A DNA stretch of 43,603 bases from Rhizaria sp. SCN 62-66 (taxonomy: Eukaryota). How positions within the stretch are numbered: the stretch's first letter is position 1; each line of letters opens with the position of its first letter. The notes under the pieces are model-generated. The model worked only from the letters and a program-made list of their open reading frames with translations. It had not been told where the DNA came from and did not search any database. A program made the translations under genes and the position numbers. Positions 1 to 11,814 of this stretch are shown here, in pieces. The stretch spans positions 1 to 43,603 of the forward strand of contig MEDY01000261.1 of NCBI GenBank assembly GCA_001724265.1, in the 5' to 3' direction.

Positions 1-363
1 TTTGACGATTATTTCACAGAGATTTCTATTGTGGAAGTTACCTGCCGAAAACTGCGTTTTTGGCGTTTTTTAGTTGACGCTACATAGGGGTTACATGTTA
101 TCGTGTATTGTTGATAAGAAATACAATACGAATTCGTACAGTGCTTTATGTAACTTGCAGTAACAGTCGCAATGATATGCTATGTTCTGCTTTTCTCTAG
201 GTAACATGATTGTTTAAGTGACACACTTTAAAGCTATGATCACAGAGACAATAACTTCTAAAAATAATCAAAATTTCGACTGGTTATCGTCACAAATATA
301 TGTTGTGATTTCCGTTCACTTCTCGAAGGTTCATGCCACTCGAGGAGTTTTTTGTTGTTAAAC

Positions 364-3300
364 TTAGCGTCGTAGCGACGCCCTGAACTTACCAAACCGC
401 CTCCTACTCTTACCGCTGTTTTTTGTCTTGCTACTCTTGCGTTTGCTCTTGTTCTTGTCACTCTTTCCCCCACGCGCCCCGGCTAGACGACTGCCATTGC
501 CGACAGCAGCAGGTGTCCCTTCTGTGACGGCGCGCACGAGCAGCTGGAGCGCCTGCGCACGTTCGCCCGGCCAGTCACCGGGGATGCAGGGGCACAGACG
601 CTGAGTCGAGGTGCCGGAGCTGTCGCAGTCCCAGTAGCCCGGATTCGCGTTCAGCAGACACATGCCATCTAAGGGAACCGGATGACCATCGTCGGTTTTG
701 ATGCTGCGCACTTCGTCGGCGACGGTAAGCAGCGGTGGGATCCGCCAATCAAGCCACGGCGACGAGGTTGTCAGAGGACTTACATCCACACCAGCACTAG
801 CATCAACATGTTCACGTGAGGAGGTGTTATATTGTTGATGATGTTGCATCACGGCCGTGACACCATGACGCATCGGCACGTACGAGGGTTTATCGTGGCC
901 TGACACGATAGCGCAACCGCGCTCACAGGGATACACGCGACGCAACGCCTCACACGTATTCACAACCGGCAGTAAACCCTCGTGGCAGGCCCATGTCGTC
1001 GGCGCAGACTGCAGCAGCCGCGAACGCACGTGCGCAACGTCAGCCGCAAACACAGTCTCTGCAGCGGGTGTTCCGACGTTCGGCTCGTTTTGAAGAGTGT
1101 TTGTGGCCAGTGGTGCAACACGCTTTAGACGTGCATGCAACGAGAGCCATTGAGCAGGCCCACCGAGCGCAGCGCACACGTCAGAGCACGAGCGACCGCG
1201 TGGAGCGGGCAGCAGCACAGTTGACAATGGCGGCGGAGAAACGTACGGCAGCGCTGCAGTCACCGTACGCAGCAAACGGCGACGCGCATGAAGCGACAAT
1301 GTACGCTTGTTTGACTGTGACTATACACGTGATTGCGAGTTGGTGATCGACTGGGAAAGCTCGACAAAGACTGCAGCGGTGAACAGCGGCGACGCATCAC
1401 GAGAGCGTGCCTTTAGACGCGGGCGAGTGCGAGTATGGATGCTTGCCTGGTTGGTATGGGCAATTTGAAACGAACGCGTGATTGTGCGTTCATTGAACAC
1501 AGAATCTTGCGTTTTCGCCTCTGGAATAGCGCGTCGTAAGGCGTCAGAAGCATTGTTGTTCAGCGCCAAACCAGCTTCAGCAACACCAGCAACACTCACA
1601 GTATTCCTGTTCATCGCTGCTGATGTCACACTGACGTCACCTGCATGCGAGTCCACTGCTGTGACACTTTCGGTCGCTTGCACGTGCTTACGTGCAGTCG
1701 CAGGCAATGTGGCAACCGCAGCAACAAGAGCCCTCTCGTCAACGTCACGCAACGGAAGAAGCCTTGAAACTGAGTCTAACATTAGCGACGACAGTGGTGA
1801 CAGCCGTTGGTGCGCACGCGCAACTCTATTGGTGTCATTTGTGTTTTTCTTGTTGTGACTGGTAGTGATTGGGGGGAATGTGTCTTCAGTAACACGTGCA
1901 GCAAGTGCAAGCATTGGTGTTGGCGTATAACAATGCGTCGCAAGATGCAGGGCTTTGTTGCCTGCACGCAGACTGCGTGATGACGCACGACACCGCATTG
2001 AGCACACCACAAAAACTGCCGCCGCAGCAGACTCTTGTGTGCCCGCGTTCACAGTATTTGTTGCACCGCTGCGGCTTCCGTTGTTACCGTCATCGTCATC
2101 GTTGTGATTGTTGCCATCGCCTAGCCTGCCGCGGCTGCGCGCACTTATGTCTGCGAGAGTGGGACCCGTAAACAAGCCCGCCTCAGCTGTAGCCACGGCA
2201 AGCGCTACTGCAGCATCGTCCTTGACAGTGTCACCTTTGTCATCGCTTGCATTAGCAGAGGACTGCAGCAACAGACGTGCCGCAACAGTGAATGCATCAC
2301 TGTTGTCGTCCAGTGCAGCAGTCGTGTTCGCTGCACCTCCAAACAGCGCTGCCGCGGCACCAACGCGAGCCTGCAGCGCGCGCCGGGCCGCTGCAGCGAC
2401 ACCAGGCGCGTGCGCGCGCGCTGCGGCCGCGGCGGAGGCTTGGCGTCCCCAGTCGAGCGCATACGGCCCATGCGCAGATGCGACTCGGTGCAGATACTGG
2501 GCGAGAACAGACGCAGCAGCGACGCCGTCTCTGTTAGTATTCGATATAGATAATGTCGTTGCTGAGACTGTGGACAGAGGATGCCACCAGTCCCCACGGA
2601 AAGAACGGAGGCGGCGATGCATTGCCGAAGCACCGGGGAAGCTCGTGTTCGAACTCGAAACACTTGCATACGCAAGGTACTTCGTCCAGTCAAAGTTCTC
2701 CGCATCAGTCTCTCGCGATGACGAGACTGCGTGCGCAAGGGTGGGTGCGTGCATTTGCGCAAGGCAACGAGAAAGACATGACTCGTAGTCGCGACAACAA
2801 CCGAGATCAGAGCGGCAGTCACCGCGAGATGGAGAGCCAAATTCTGAGTTGTTTGATGTGACTTCACTCGCAGCCTTCGGCTTTGTGTCTGCTGCAGCAG
2901 TTGCTGCTGCACGAGTTCCACCATTTGAGGACGCAGACGTTGAGCTTCGTGGCGTCGTTGGCGGGCTCGTGCGCGTGCTTCGGCGAGGACCGCCAGAGCG
3001 GACGGGGAGATAAGTGGCTGGCCCCGAGGTCTCTTTGACGTCACTTGCCGCCGCGGTTGTTGTCGAGGACTCTGCGTTAGCAGCAGCTTGAGTGTTGTCA
3101 GCGAAAACAAACAATCGCCTGGTCGAGCCCACACTCTCACTTGCAGTTGGAGTAACTAATGCAACGTTGGCGCTGATGTCTTGCTGTTGTTTGTGTTTGA
3201 GCTGCTCTCGTTCCCAAGTCAGTGTTAAGCTCTCAGTGTTGGCAGTACTGTCACTGAGCGGCCGTGGATGTGACAGCAGATCTGATAGAGAGCGCAGCTT

Positions 3301-5814
3301 CGCTTGCGCCTGCAGCAGATGTTGTGCTTGCAGTGACGATTGAGAGTACCACGTCGCTGGCTTCCATTGCAGGCCCGCATACGCGTCGTGAGCAACACCG
3401 TCGTTTGGAGGAGACGTCGTCGTACGGGCACTGGGCAACGCAACGCCGCCACCGCCCCACGCCACCAGCTGCAACCGCATCGAATCTGATTCTGATTCTG
3501 CCTGTGACTGCAATTGGGACTGTGGCCGAGAGCCATCAGTGGCACTCGCAGCGTTGCTGTGTGCCGCGCTCGGACAGCAGCCGTTGCGCCGCAGCGCGTG
3601 CAGCGGGCATTCGACGCCGCGCGAGTCGACTGCGCACCGCGCGCCGGACGACCACATGCACCACTCGAGCGACTGCGAGGCGGACTAAGCCTGTGAGTTC
3701 CTCGCAGTTGCATTCACACTCTCTTTGTCTTTGTTGCCGCTCGACGTCGCAGGAGCGCTTGCACTGAAGTCCACGTAGCCACTGAGTCGCTCGCCCGCCA
3801 CGTGCGGCGCGCACCGCGCCGCGGGATCGTTGCCGGCGCGCCAGTCCTCGTTCGCAGCGAGCGGCGCCGTCAGCGGCAGCAGCAGCGGGTGGTGCCAGCC
3901 GCCCGCGCCGCCGCCGCCGGAGAGCCGCAGCGGGCACGATAGCAGGCCCGGGGCCAGCGCGCGCGTCGCGGCCTCGCTTTCGGCTGCGGCTGCGGTCGAG
4001 AGCGCGAGCGGCGGCGGAAGCACTTTCGTTGCCATGGCTGCAGTTTTTGAATCTAAATTATTGGTTGCTGTAGCCGGTGCGCCGAATCGGTGCGCCGCGG
4101 CGGGCACAGCGGCCCCGGTAGCAGTTTCTGTCACAGCAGACACTGCAGCGGCCGCAGCGGCAGCGTACTCGACCGCCAGCGCCCCGGTCGCTGCTAGCCC
4201 CGCCGCCGCCGCCGCCGCCAGGCCGGGCGGCAGCGCGGGTGCAGGCAGCGCGGGCAGAACGAAGGGGAACGCGCGTCCGCCCTTCGCGGCGATTAGCGAG
4301 CCCTTAAGACTAGGCGTTGCAACGCCAGAGGCGCTCCCACCGAGGGCGCTAGCAGTCAAAACACCGCTTTGACTGGCGTTTTGGGTGGCGCCAACGGGGC
4401 ACGTAAGCAGCAGCGGCGCAGCAACCGCGGCAGCAGCAGCGGCGACAGCGGCCGCGTTGGCGTCCGCCGCTGCGACCGCGGCCGCTGCGGCCTTGGTGGC
4501 GGCGGCCGAGGCCGACGGCGGGCGCGGCGGCAGCGGCTGCGGCGGCGCGCGCACCGAGGGCGTGAGGTGCGCCACGGGCAGCGAGAGCGGGCGCTGCAGC
4601 GGCAGCGGCGCGAGGCCGAGCGTGGAGGCGAGAGCGAGCACGGCTGCCGTGGTCTCTGCCGAGTGGCTCTGCACTAAATGGCTCGCTGACTGCGGTTGAT
4701 GCTGAGACGACGCTTGTGACTAGGACTGAGAGTCGCTCAAACCAGTGCCATTCACTGCATCGGTGTGATTGCCGTGGTTTTCACTGCGAAAGTTATCGTT
4801 GTCGTGAGTGACAGGCGTACCGACAAGCATGCGCATCATGAGAGTCGCCAAACTGTCTTTCTCCGCTCCCTTAACTGTTGTCGCAAAGACGGCACTCGCA
4901 TCACCATCAGCAACAACAGCCTTCCTAGCACTCTCGCCGACTGCGGGCGGTGTTGCCGCGGCGACGAACGGGAGCCCTGGAGACAGCAGCCCCTCCGTCG
5001 CCAGAAAACCTGGCACCGCGACCGTGGGCTCCGGGGCCGCCGCAGCCGCCGCGGCCGCGGGCACTGGGGGGGCAAAGCCGCGCCGCCGCGGGGCGGGCCT
5101 GCTGCTGGCGGCAGCAGCGGTGCTCACGGTCAGCGAGTCAGCAGGCAGCAGGAAGGAGAGCAGTGGGAGCAGGGAGAAAAACGGCGACAGCAACGGCGAT
5201 AGCATATGTGTCTGAGAGCCAGAAAAGCCAGACGCAGCGGCAGCAGCAGTGGCATTCGCCTGCGCAATGAGTGCCGCTAGCGACGCGAGACTGCCACTGT
5301 TCCCACTGTTCAGACCACTTGCACTAGCAGCAGCAGCAGCAGCGGTTGCAGCTGTTTCTGCGTCTCTGTATGAATCTGAGTCGATGTGCGCGCCATCAGC
5401 GCCCGCGCTGTTCCAGTTGCCCCACACAAAGGGGAATCTCCACACACTCGCCGCAGTCCCGCCGGCGCCGTTGCCGCTGTTAGCGCTGTACGGCGACGCG
5501 AGCTGGCTCGAAGGCAGTAACACTACTAAGTTTAGCGCGAGGATAGCGAGCACGCACAGAGCCGCGATCAGGCACACGGGCGCGCGCGTGCAACGCAAGG
5601 CAAACAACGCGGCAGCAGCGGTGCGGAGACGCGAGGGTGCTCGTTGGGCCACATACGCGGCGTTGGGGGACGAGGGCAGCATCGCTGCGGAGGGGTCGGC
5701 CACGTCCAATCCGCTCAACGCGGCCTCGTCATCGTCGTCAGCGGGAGTGAAGAGAGAAACAACAGGGGAGAACGGAGGAAAACGGGCCTGCCCCCGCGCG
5801 CGGGGAGCTCGCAT
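364..5814 (-). CDS. SPRING1: SPRING1/C12orf49 (DUF2054)-like type II membrane protein with a C-terminal MGAT5-C-like Cys-rich domain; ~1816 aa read through 3 in-frame TAG codons
   Basis: ORFs 4720-6024, 3685-4674, 1321-3657 and 364-1299 share one frame and are separated only by TAG (4720, 3685, 1321); the last ends in TAA. Domain order: N-terminal TM (VCLIAALCVLAILALNLVVLL); SPRING-type Cys motifs (C..SSGARCAVDSRGVEC...NGCC; CRSDLGCCRDYESCLSRCL; CSMRCRASS...HCY); C-terminal GRSCSDVC...NTCE...C..GC...CL...WDC...RLCPC. This resembles plant/algal SPRING homologs as recalled. Start is uncertain (ATG 5814 or 5682). Confidence 0.72.
1321..1323 (-). other. In-frame TAG, inferred sense codon (probably Gln)
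   Basis: NSQSRV*SQSNKRTLSLHARR; the frame stays open on both sides and the downstream domain has no ATG before GRSCSDVC. Confidence 0.78.
3685..3687 (-). other. In-frame TAG, inferred sense codon (probably Gln)
   Basis: ARNSQA*SASQSLEWCMWSSG; the first Cys of the SPRING domain lies upstream of the next ATG. Confidence 0.78.
4720..4722 (-). other. In-frame TAG, inferred sense codon (probably Gln)
   Basis: LSDSQS*SQASSQHQPQ; falls in the register of an SQ repeat. Confidence 0.78.
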
Positions 5815-6252
5815 GGGGAAACCAGAGCCCGCGGCGGTGGTGCGCGCGGGAGTGGCGAGAGGGTCAGGGGCAAACGGTCGCCTGGGTCTGCACTGCAGCG
5901 ACGCGGATGCAAGAGACTTCGCGAAACAAAGTTCAAGTGAAATAGTTAAAGCAGTAAGTGAACACTGGAAATGCAGGTATTGTAGTTGAAGGACCTTCTT
6001 GTCTGGAGCAATGCGTGAAATCACGGGAGACCGACTGTGGTCTCATAGTCAGGACAGCCACACCAGGTCGATTCGCACCAATCGATGTGAGATTCCCTAT
6101 CGTTATTTAACGGTTGGAGAGTATCCACGGGTTTTCCCGACATGTTTTATCTTTATTATTTTTATAGCACTACAACAGCTCTCGATTATGTCTCACCAGT
6201 CCCTTTTCCCCTTCCTCACACTCTCTCTGCCGCGCTCGTCGCCGCGCAGATC
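5815..6252. promoter_or_regulatory. Probable shared divergent promoter region (SPRING1-like / OSGEP)
   Basis: Head-to-head start codons ~440 bp apart; inferred from geometry only. Confidence 0.5.
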
Positions 6253-7447
6253 ATGTCCAAGCCGTACTTCGTGATGGGTTTCGAGGGTTCCGCCAACAAA
6301 CTTGGTGTGGGCATTGTAAACGAGAAGGGTGAGATCCTGTCGAACCCGCGCGTGACGTACATCACTCCCCCGGGCACTGGCTTCCTCCCGCGCGAAACCT
6401 CTGAGCACCACCGCGCCCACATCCTGGAGCTGACGCACCGCGCGCTCCAGGAGGCCGGGCTGGAGCCCTCGCAGCTGTCGGCGCTGGCCTACACCAAGGG
6501 CCCCGGCATGGGCGCCCCGCTGCAGTCGGTTGCCACGGTCGTGCGCGTGCTGGCGCAGCTGTGGGACAAGCCGATCGTGGGCGTGAACCATTGCATCGGC
6601 CACATCGAGATGGGCCGCGTCATCACCGGCGTCAAGGACCCCATCGTGCTCTACGTCTCGGGCGGCAATACGCAGGTCCTCGCCTACTCTCTTAAGCACT
6701 ACTGCATCTTTGGTGAGACGATCGACATCGCCGTCGGCAACTGCCTAGACCGCTTCGCGCGCCTGATCGACCTGCCCAACGACCCCTCGCCCGGGTACAA
6801 CATCGAGCAGCTCGCCAAGCAGGGCTCCAAGTTCATCGAGCTGCCCTACATCGTCAAGGGCATGGACGTCTCCATCTCCGGCCTTGCCTCCAAGCTCGAC
6901 CAGATTGTCCCGGGCCTCCTCGCCAGCGGCGAGTACACCAAAGCCGACCTCTGCTTCTCGCTCCAGGTATGTGCGCAAACGACGGAAACGGACACATTAG
7001 TCAATGTCAATGGCAATATTATGTCATTTTCCCCCACGATTCCGCTTTATTTCAACATTTGTATTCTTATTTCATTCTATCACTCACAATAATTGTGTTA
7101 TATCCGTGTTTTGTTATTGTTCTTTTCACGCTTCACAGGAGACGATCTTCGCGATGCTTGTCGAGACGACTGAGCGCGCGATGGCGCACTGCGGCAAGAA
7201 GGATGTGCTGCTGGTTGGCGGCGTGGGCTGCAACGAGCGCCTGCAGCAGATGATGGGCACCATGGCGCGCGAGCGCGGCGGCGCCGTGTGCACCATGGAC
7301 TCGCGCTACTGCATCGACAACGGCGCAATGATCGCCTGGGCCGGACTCGAAATGCTCCGCGCGGGCGTCACCACGCCGCTGGAGGAGACCACGGTTACGC
7401 AGCGCTTCCGTACTGACGAGACCGAGTGTGTCTGGCGCGATGATTGA
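6253..7447 (+). CDS. OSGEP: tRNA N6-adenosine threonylcarbamoyltransferase Kae1/OSGEP, 340 aa, 2 exons (6253-6966, 7139-7447)
   Basis: [42 protein letters not shown] (HxxxH), [31 protein letters not shown] across the intron, [19 protein letters not shown]; stop TGA. Confidence 0.97.
6967..7138 (+). other. Spliceosomal intron in OSGEP (172 nt, phase 0)
   Basis: CAG|GTATGT...TTCACAG|GAG; AT-rich; removal restores conserved [11 protein letters not shown]. Confidence 0.95.
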
Positions 7448-7836
7448 GCGGGCCACGAACAGGCGAAGCAAAACGTAAGCGAAACCAATGTTTCCGTGTG
7501 ACAGCAGCTTAGACAACGTGAGATGTATTATTCCGCTGGTTCATTCTGAATTACACATTATTAAAAGTTATTTTCTTTTGTAGTGGTTGGTGACGTGTTA
7601 CAGGGTCTTTGATGCTCTTGATGTGCGTGTCAGCGACTATGCTCTGTGTCTTCAGGGCCAGGCTAATAATCATTGCCTATTTTCATACAAGCTTAAGTAT
7701 TCACATAAATTTAGGCTTTTAATACGATTCATTTTTATCTCCGTTAAAACACTGGAGTTCATTGACATTGAAAATTCACTTTGGCAGTGATTGTATTTGT
7801 TTTCTCTTTATACTTATTTGTGCTCACTAGTATGAA

Positions 7837-9477
7837 TTATTGCATGAACATGTGCCACGCCTCCTGGATTCCGCCCAGCCCGTCCATCGGCGGCCTCTCC
7901 CTGCCCGCGCCCCACTCCTCGTGTCCGAGCCCCTGCTCCTCGGCGGCCTCGGCGTTCTCCCGCGCCTCTGCCAGCGCCTGCGCCCGCTGCGCCCGCGCAA
8001 GCTCGTCCTCGTCCTCGTTACCCTCAGCGCCCTCACCCGGGGGAGCGAAGGAGGCGCCTTCGCCGGCGGCGGCGGGCTGGCCCTCCACCGCGTCGTTCGC
8101 CTGCTGCTGCCGCCGGGCGCGCGCGTCCAGGTGCTGCCTGCGTTCGCGCTCCCACTGCTGCTGCGCGTCCCTCTGTCGGCGCCATTCGCGCTCGCGCTGC
8201 CGCGCGCCCTCCTCGCCGTCCTCCTCGCGCTCGGCCCCGGCAAGGACTGCACACGCGCGCGCGCAGTGGCCCGACACGACCGCGGCGAGCGAGAGCACTC
8301 CGAGCAGCCCCGCGGCGGGCGGCGCGACCAGCTCCGGCGCCGCGGCCCACAGCGCCCACATCAGCGCCAGCGCCGCGCAGGTCAGCACGGGGAACAGAGA
8401 CTGCGGGCGCTCCGCTAGGCGGGCCAGCCGCGCGCCCGCGGAGCGGTACGCGCGCGACACGGGGTTCGACGACACTGCAGCACGAGCAGCAGCAGCACCA
8501 CCACCACCAGCAACAGGGAAAGGGACAGCTGCTGGCCCAAGCGCGGGCGCGGACGCAGGCGCAGGCGCGGGCGCGGGCATTGAGTGCGAAACTACGCGGT
8601 TGCTCCCGTTAACGCCCGCTCGCGGCGCGCCCGATGCGGCGATGGCGGCGGCGGCGGCGCGGGCGTGGGCCGCGGCGGCCGCCATGCCGAGGCTGGGTTG
8701 GGCGGCGGACATGGCCGCTGCGCCGTTGGAGAGCCCGTGGCGCTGGCGCAGCCCGTCGCCGGCGAGCGCGGCAGCCACGGCGGCGCTGTTGCTATCACTG
8801 GCCAGATCGCCAGCATCGGCAGCCGCGGCAGCGACTGCAGCAGCAGCCGCAGAGGCAGAGGCATTGGAGGAGTCCGAGGCAGGGACGGCGTTGCGGGAGA
8901 GGTAGTGGTGGTAGCGGTCGGGGTACGCGGGGTCAACGGGGGCCACGTTATCGTCGTCACCAGAGTCGTCGCCCTCGGCACCATTGCGACGACGGCGGCG
9001 ACTTGCACTGGCGCGGGCGGCGTTGATGTCGATGTCTGCGTTGTCGCTGTCGCCGGCGTAGGGACGGGCCGCGATCGCAGCTGCGAGCGCGGCGGGACCC
9101 ATCGGCCGGCCACTGCTGTTGCTGCTGTGCACAGCGCTGCTGTTGCGGCTGAAATCGCTGTTCTGCTGCTGTTCGTGGTGGTTGTAGTCATTGTAGGCGG
9201 GGGGATTCACTTCTTCGACGATGTGGACGTGAATGACGGCTTTGTCAGTCAGGTTAGGGATCTCCGACACGGGCGCCCGATCGGAGACGCGGCGCCCGAG
9301 GTAGATGTACGTCAGCCGGTCGCCGTGCGCGACGTTATCGGCGAAGAGCTCGGCCGTAGCGCGAGAGAGCGTGTCGTTGGGGGACAGCGCCATCGGGCGC
9401 TTCTGAGGGTGGCCGATCACCATGAAGTTCACGATGATGTCACCTGCGGCCGCCATTGGGGACGCAAACTCAGACAT
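7837..9477 (-). CDS. Ubiquitin-like domain plus two transmembrane helices, TMUB1/2-like, ~546 aa
   Basis: N-terminal UBL pattern (IIVNF...NDTL....ELF...RLTYIYLGRRVSD...IPNLTDKAVIHVHI); hydrophobic hairpin LFPVLTCAALALMWALW-AAAPELVAPPAAGLLGVLSLAAVV; charged tail; stop TAA. Confidence 0.7.
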   Translation of the reverse strand: MSEFASPMAAAGDIIVNFMVIGHPQKRPMALSPNDTLSRATAELFADNVAHGDRLTYIYLGRRVSDRAPVSEIPNLTDKAVIHVHIVEEVNPPAYNDYNHHEQQQNSDFSRNSSAVHSSNSSGRPMGPAALAAAIAARPYAGDSDNADIDINAARASASRRRRRNGAEGDDSGDDDNVAPVDPAYPDRYHHYLSRNAVPASDSSNASASAAAAAVAAAAADAGDLASDSNSAAVAAALAGDGLRQRHGLSNGAAAMSAAQPSLGMAAAAAHARAAAAAIAASGAPRAGVNGSNRVVSHSMPAPAPAPASAPALGPAAVPFPVAGGGGAAAARAAVSSNPVSRAYRSAGARLARLAERPQSLFPVLTCAALALMWALWAAAPELVAPPAAGLLGVLSLAAVVSGHCARACAVLAGAEREEDGEEGARQREREWRRQRDAQQQWERERRQHLDARARRQQQANDAVEGQPAAAGEGASFAPPGEGAEGNEDEDELARAQRAQALAEARENAEAAEEQGLGHEEWGAGRERPPMDGLGGIQEAWHMFMQ

Positions 9478-9943
9478 ATTGGCTGTTAACGTTTTAGGGC
9501 GTCGGTTCCAACACAAGTCTCGGGATGTGGCGTTGCTTTTACTCGAGGCTGCTTGACTTGTTAAGGCCTTCGAGAAGAAGGAATAGTCAAATGAGATTGT
9601 GAAAGATAATGAGGTTTTCTAATAATTTAATAAGAAGACCACATAAAAAGTGGAGAGATACACATTATATGCAAACGATCTTGCGAGTAACGGTTGTTAT
9701 AGCCCACACAAGCTGTGTCTGTATTGGTTTTGTCTAGGTAATCGAGTTCGACCATACACGCGCAGGCGTTGCTGACAAAGCACTCTGTTCACCATCCCCT
9801 ACTGCTTCCCTGTGCTCCGCAACAACACAAAGCTGAGTGACGCACAGTAGCAAGCCAAGATATTGCGTATACAAAGTTGAAGTCAGCGCACATAAGGTCC
9901 CTCGATATGTTTTACACATACAGCTTCAACTCCAACTTTTAAC

Positions 9944-11341
9944 TTAAAGCTCGTCCTTGGCCTCCTTCTTTTCCTCGGTCGCCGCCGCCGCCGCCGCGGG
10001 CGCCTCAGGCGCAGGCACGGCCCCGCCATCGGCCTGGGGCTCGTCCTTGACAAGGTAGAACTGGCGGATGATGTTTGCGCGCATCATGAGCTCTGCGCGC
10101 GCCGCAACGGTGATCGACTCGCTCTGGGCCATGCGGCGCAAGCGGTCCAGCTCCGTCTCCACGAAGCCCATGCCCTTGCTCACCACGGCATTGCCGTAGA
10201 GCGGGTAGTAGCGCGCCATCGCGTTGCCGTCCTCGACGGCCTTAGCGGCGCTGGCCTTGATCACCGGCAGCGTGCCCTGCGCACCCTTGATGTCCCCATT
10301 CAAGACCTTGATCGAGACCTCGTTTGCGAGCGTGTCCAACGTCGCGTCGCGGCCCGCGCGCTGGGTCACGCCGCCGCCGACCGTGCGCTCCAGCCCAGCG
10401 ACGTCGTTCATGTAGTCGACCAGGTCCGCGGCCGCGCGCGAGCCGTGCTGCTCCTCGGGGAACTTGCGCTCTGTGCCCGCGCGGAAGAGCTTCAGCGTGG
10501 GGAAACCCTGCGAGATATACGCAAGCAAAGATGAAGAGGAGATAGAACAAGTGAGAATTATAGAATACAAACTAAGACCATCTATATAATTATCTCATTG
10601 ATGAGTTTGGCTGGTTTCGAAAAATAAGTTAAAAAAAGTTGCACAGAGAAAGTGACGCATGCGTACCTGGATGTCGTACTTGGCGGCAATCATGCCGTAC
10701 TTGTCGCCATCCAGCTCGGCAAACACGACGGAGGACTCGCCCTCGAAGGCCTTGGCGGCGGACTCGTAGCCGGGCGCCATGCCGGTGCAGTGGCCGCACC
10801 AGGGCGCGAAGAACTTGACGAGGACGTTGGCCTTGGGGTTGAAGACGACCTAGTCGAAGTTCTCGTCCGTGAGCGTGACGACGGCCTTGACGGGCGCAGT
10901 GATCACGCCATTGAGCGAAAACTTCTTGTTGAGGAACTTAAGCAGCGCAGCCGCGTTGCGCTTGCCCTCATACTCGATACCGCGGAAGTCGGGGGAGGAC
11001 TTGGCGGGGAAGATCTTGACGGTAGGGAAACCGACAATAGAGAGCCGCTCCATGAGCGGCGACTGCTCGTTGCTGACCTGCGCGACCGTGATGCCCTGGC
11101 GGCGCAGAGCCCGGGCAACCTGCTCGTACTCGGGGATGAACTCCTTGCAGTGCTGGCACCAGGGGGCCGTGAAGGCGATCACCGTGGGCTTGTCCTGCGC
11201 GATGGTGGCCTCATAGTTCTCAGGGGTGAGCTGCAGCACGCCCGCCGCCGCGCTGCCGGCGAGGGCGAGCGAGGGCAGCGAAGTGAAGAGCACAAACACG
11301 GCACAAAGCGCGGCGAAGATGACGCCAGAAACTCCACGCAT
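9944..11341 (-). CDS. Protein disulfide isomerase, a-a'-ERp29c (PDI-D/TigA-like) type, 412 aa, 2 exons (11341-10667, 10507-9944), internal TAG at codon 164
   Basis: Signal peptide; thioredoxin a (APWCQHC...GFPTVKIF); a' ([29 protein letters not shown]...DIQ|GFPTLKLF); ERp29c-like helical domain (YY...KGMGFVETELDRL...RANIIRQF); C-terminal KDEL then TAA. Confidence 0.93.
10508..10666 (-). other. Spliceosomal intron in PDI (159 nt, phase 0)
   Basis: CAG|GTACGC...TCTCGCAG|GGT; AT-rich; restores KYDIQGFPTLKLF. Confidence 0.93.
10850..10852 (-). other. In-frame TAG within the PDI a' thioredoxin domain
   Basis: [28 protein letters not shown]; spacing matches the usual LT..NFDxVV......VLV.[8 protein letters not shown] pattern with one residue at the TAG. 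Confidence 0.9.
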
Positions 11342-11814
11342 GGTGGGCGAGCTTGCGGCTGACAAGAGTCCGTGCAAAAGGTGGATGTAAAGAGGATACA
11401 GTGCGATGGCGGTGAATCAGCAAAGCGTAGTTTTTTAAGAGCGACTACAGAAGACACAGCTCGATTTTACTGATACAAATTTTAGATTGTGTTAAAAACC
11501 AACAGTTTAGTGTAAGCAAAAGCATGCCGTCACTATTGCACGATATTGTAATCCAAACAGCGAGGTAAAACTTTTCCTCCGCTGGAATCTTCTCTGTCAG
11601 TCACCACGAGTCACACTGTCAGCATGGTGATATGGAGAATGATTAGGCAGGTAATTTCAAGTCATTTGACATCATATCTTTATATTTTGACTAAGAATCA
11701 ATTGTATTAGTAATATTCGACTTTATCTCTCTTGCTCATTAGCAATGATACGTCGTAACATTCAACAACACAACACAAACATCAAACATCCCTTCCAACA
11801 CAAACTGACATCAT

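Noticed and set aside
6253-7447. Possible link between the tRNA-modifying OSGEP gene and UAG recoding
   Set aside because: t6A is added to tRNAs reading ANN codons, so it is irrelevant to UAG. OSGEP is a universal housekeeping gene.
9735-9760. GAGTTCGACC resembling a tRNA T-loop (sought a CUA suppressor tRNA)
   Set aside because: No T-stem pairing or cloverleaf. I saw no tRNA gene in this window.
10850-10852. Pyrrolysine, selenocysteine or A-to-I editing (UAG to Trp) as explanation
   Set aside because: Sec uses UGA and Pyl is prokaryotic. The positions are non-catalytic and Trp fits poorly in SQ-rich linkers. Editing is not formally excluded without RNA data.
364-11341. Pseudogene interpretation of the TAG-containing genes
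   Set aside because: No frameshifts, no internal TAA or TGA, and intact motifs, splice sites and KDEL. Random decay would not be expected to produce only TAG.
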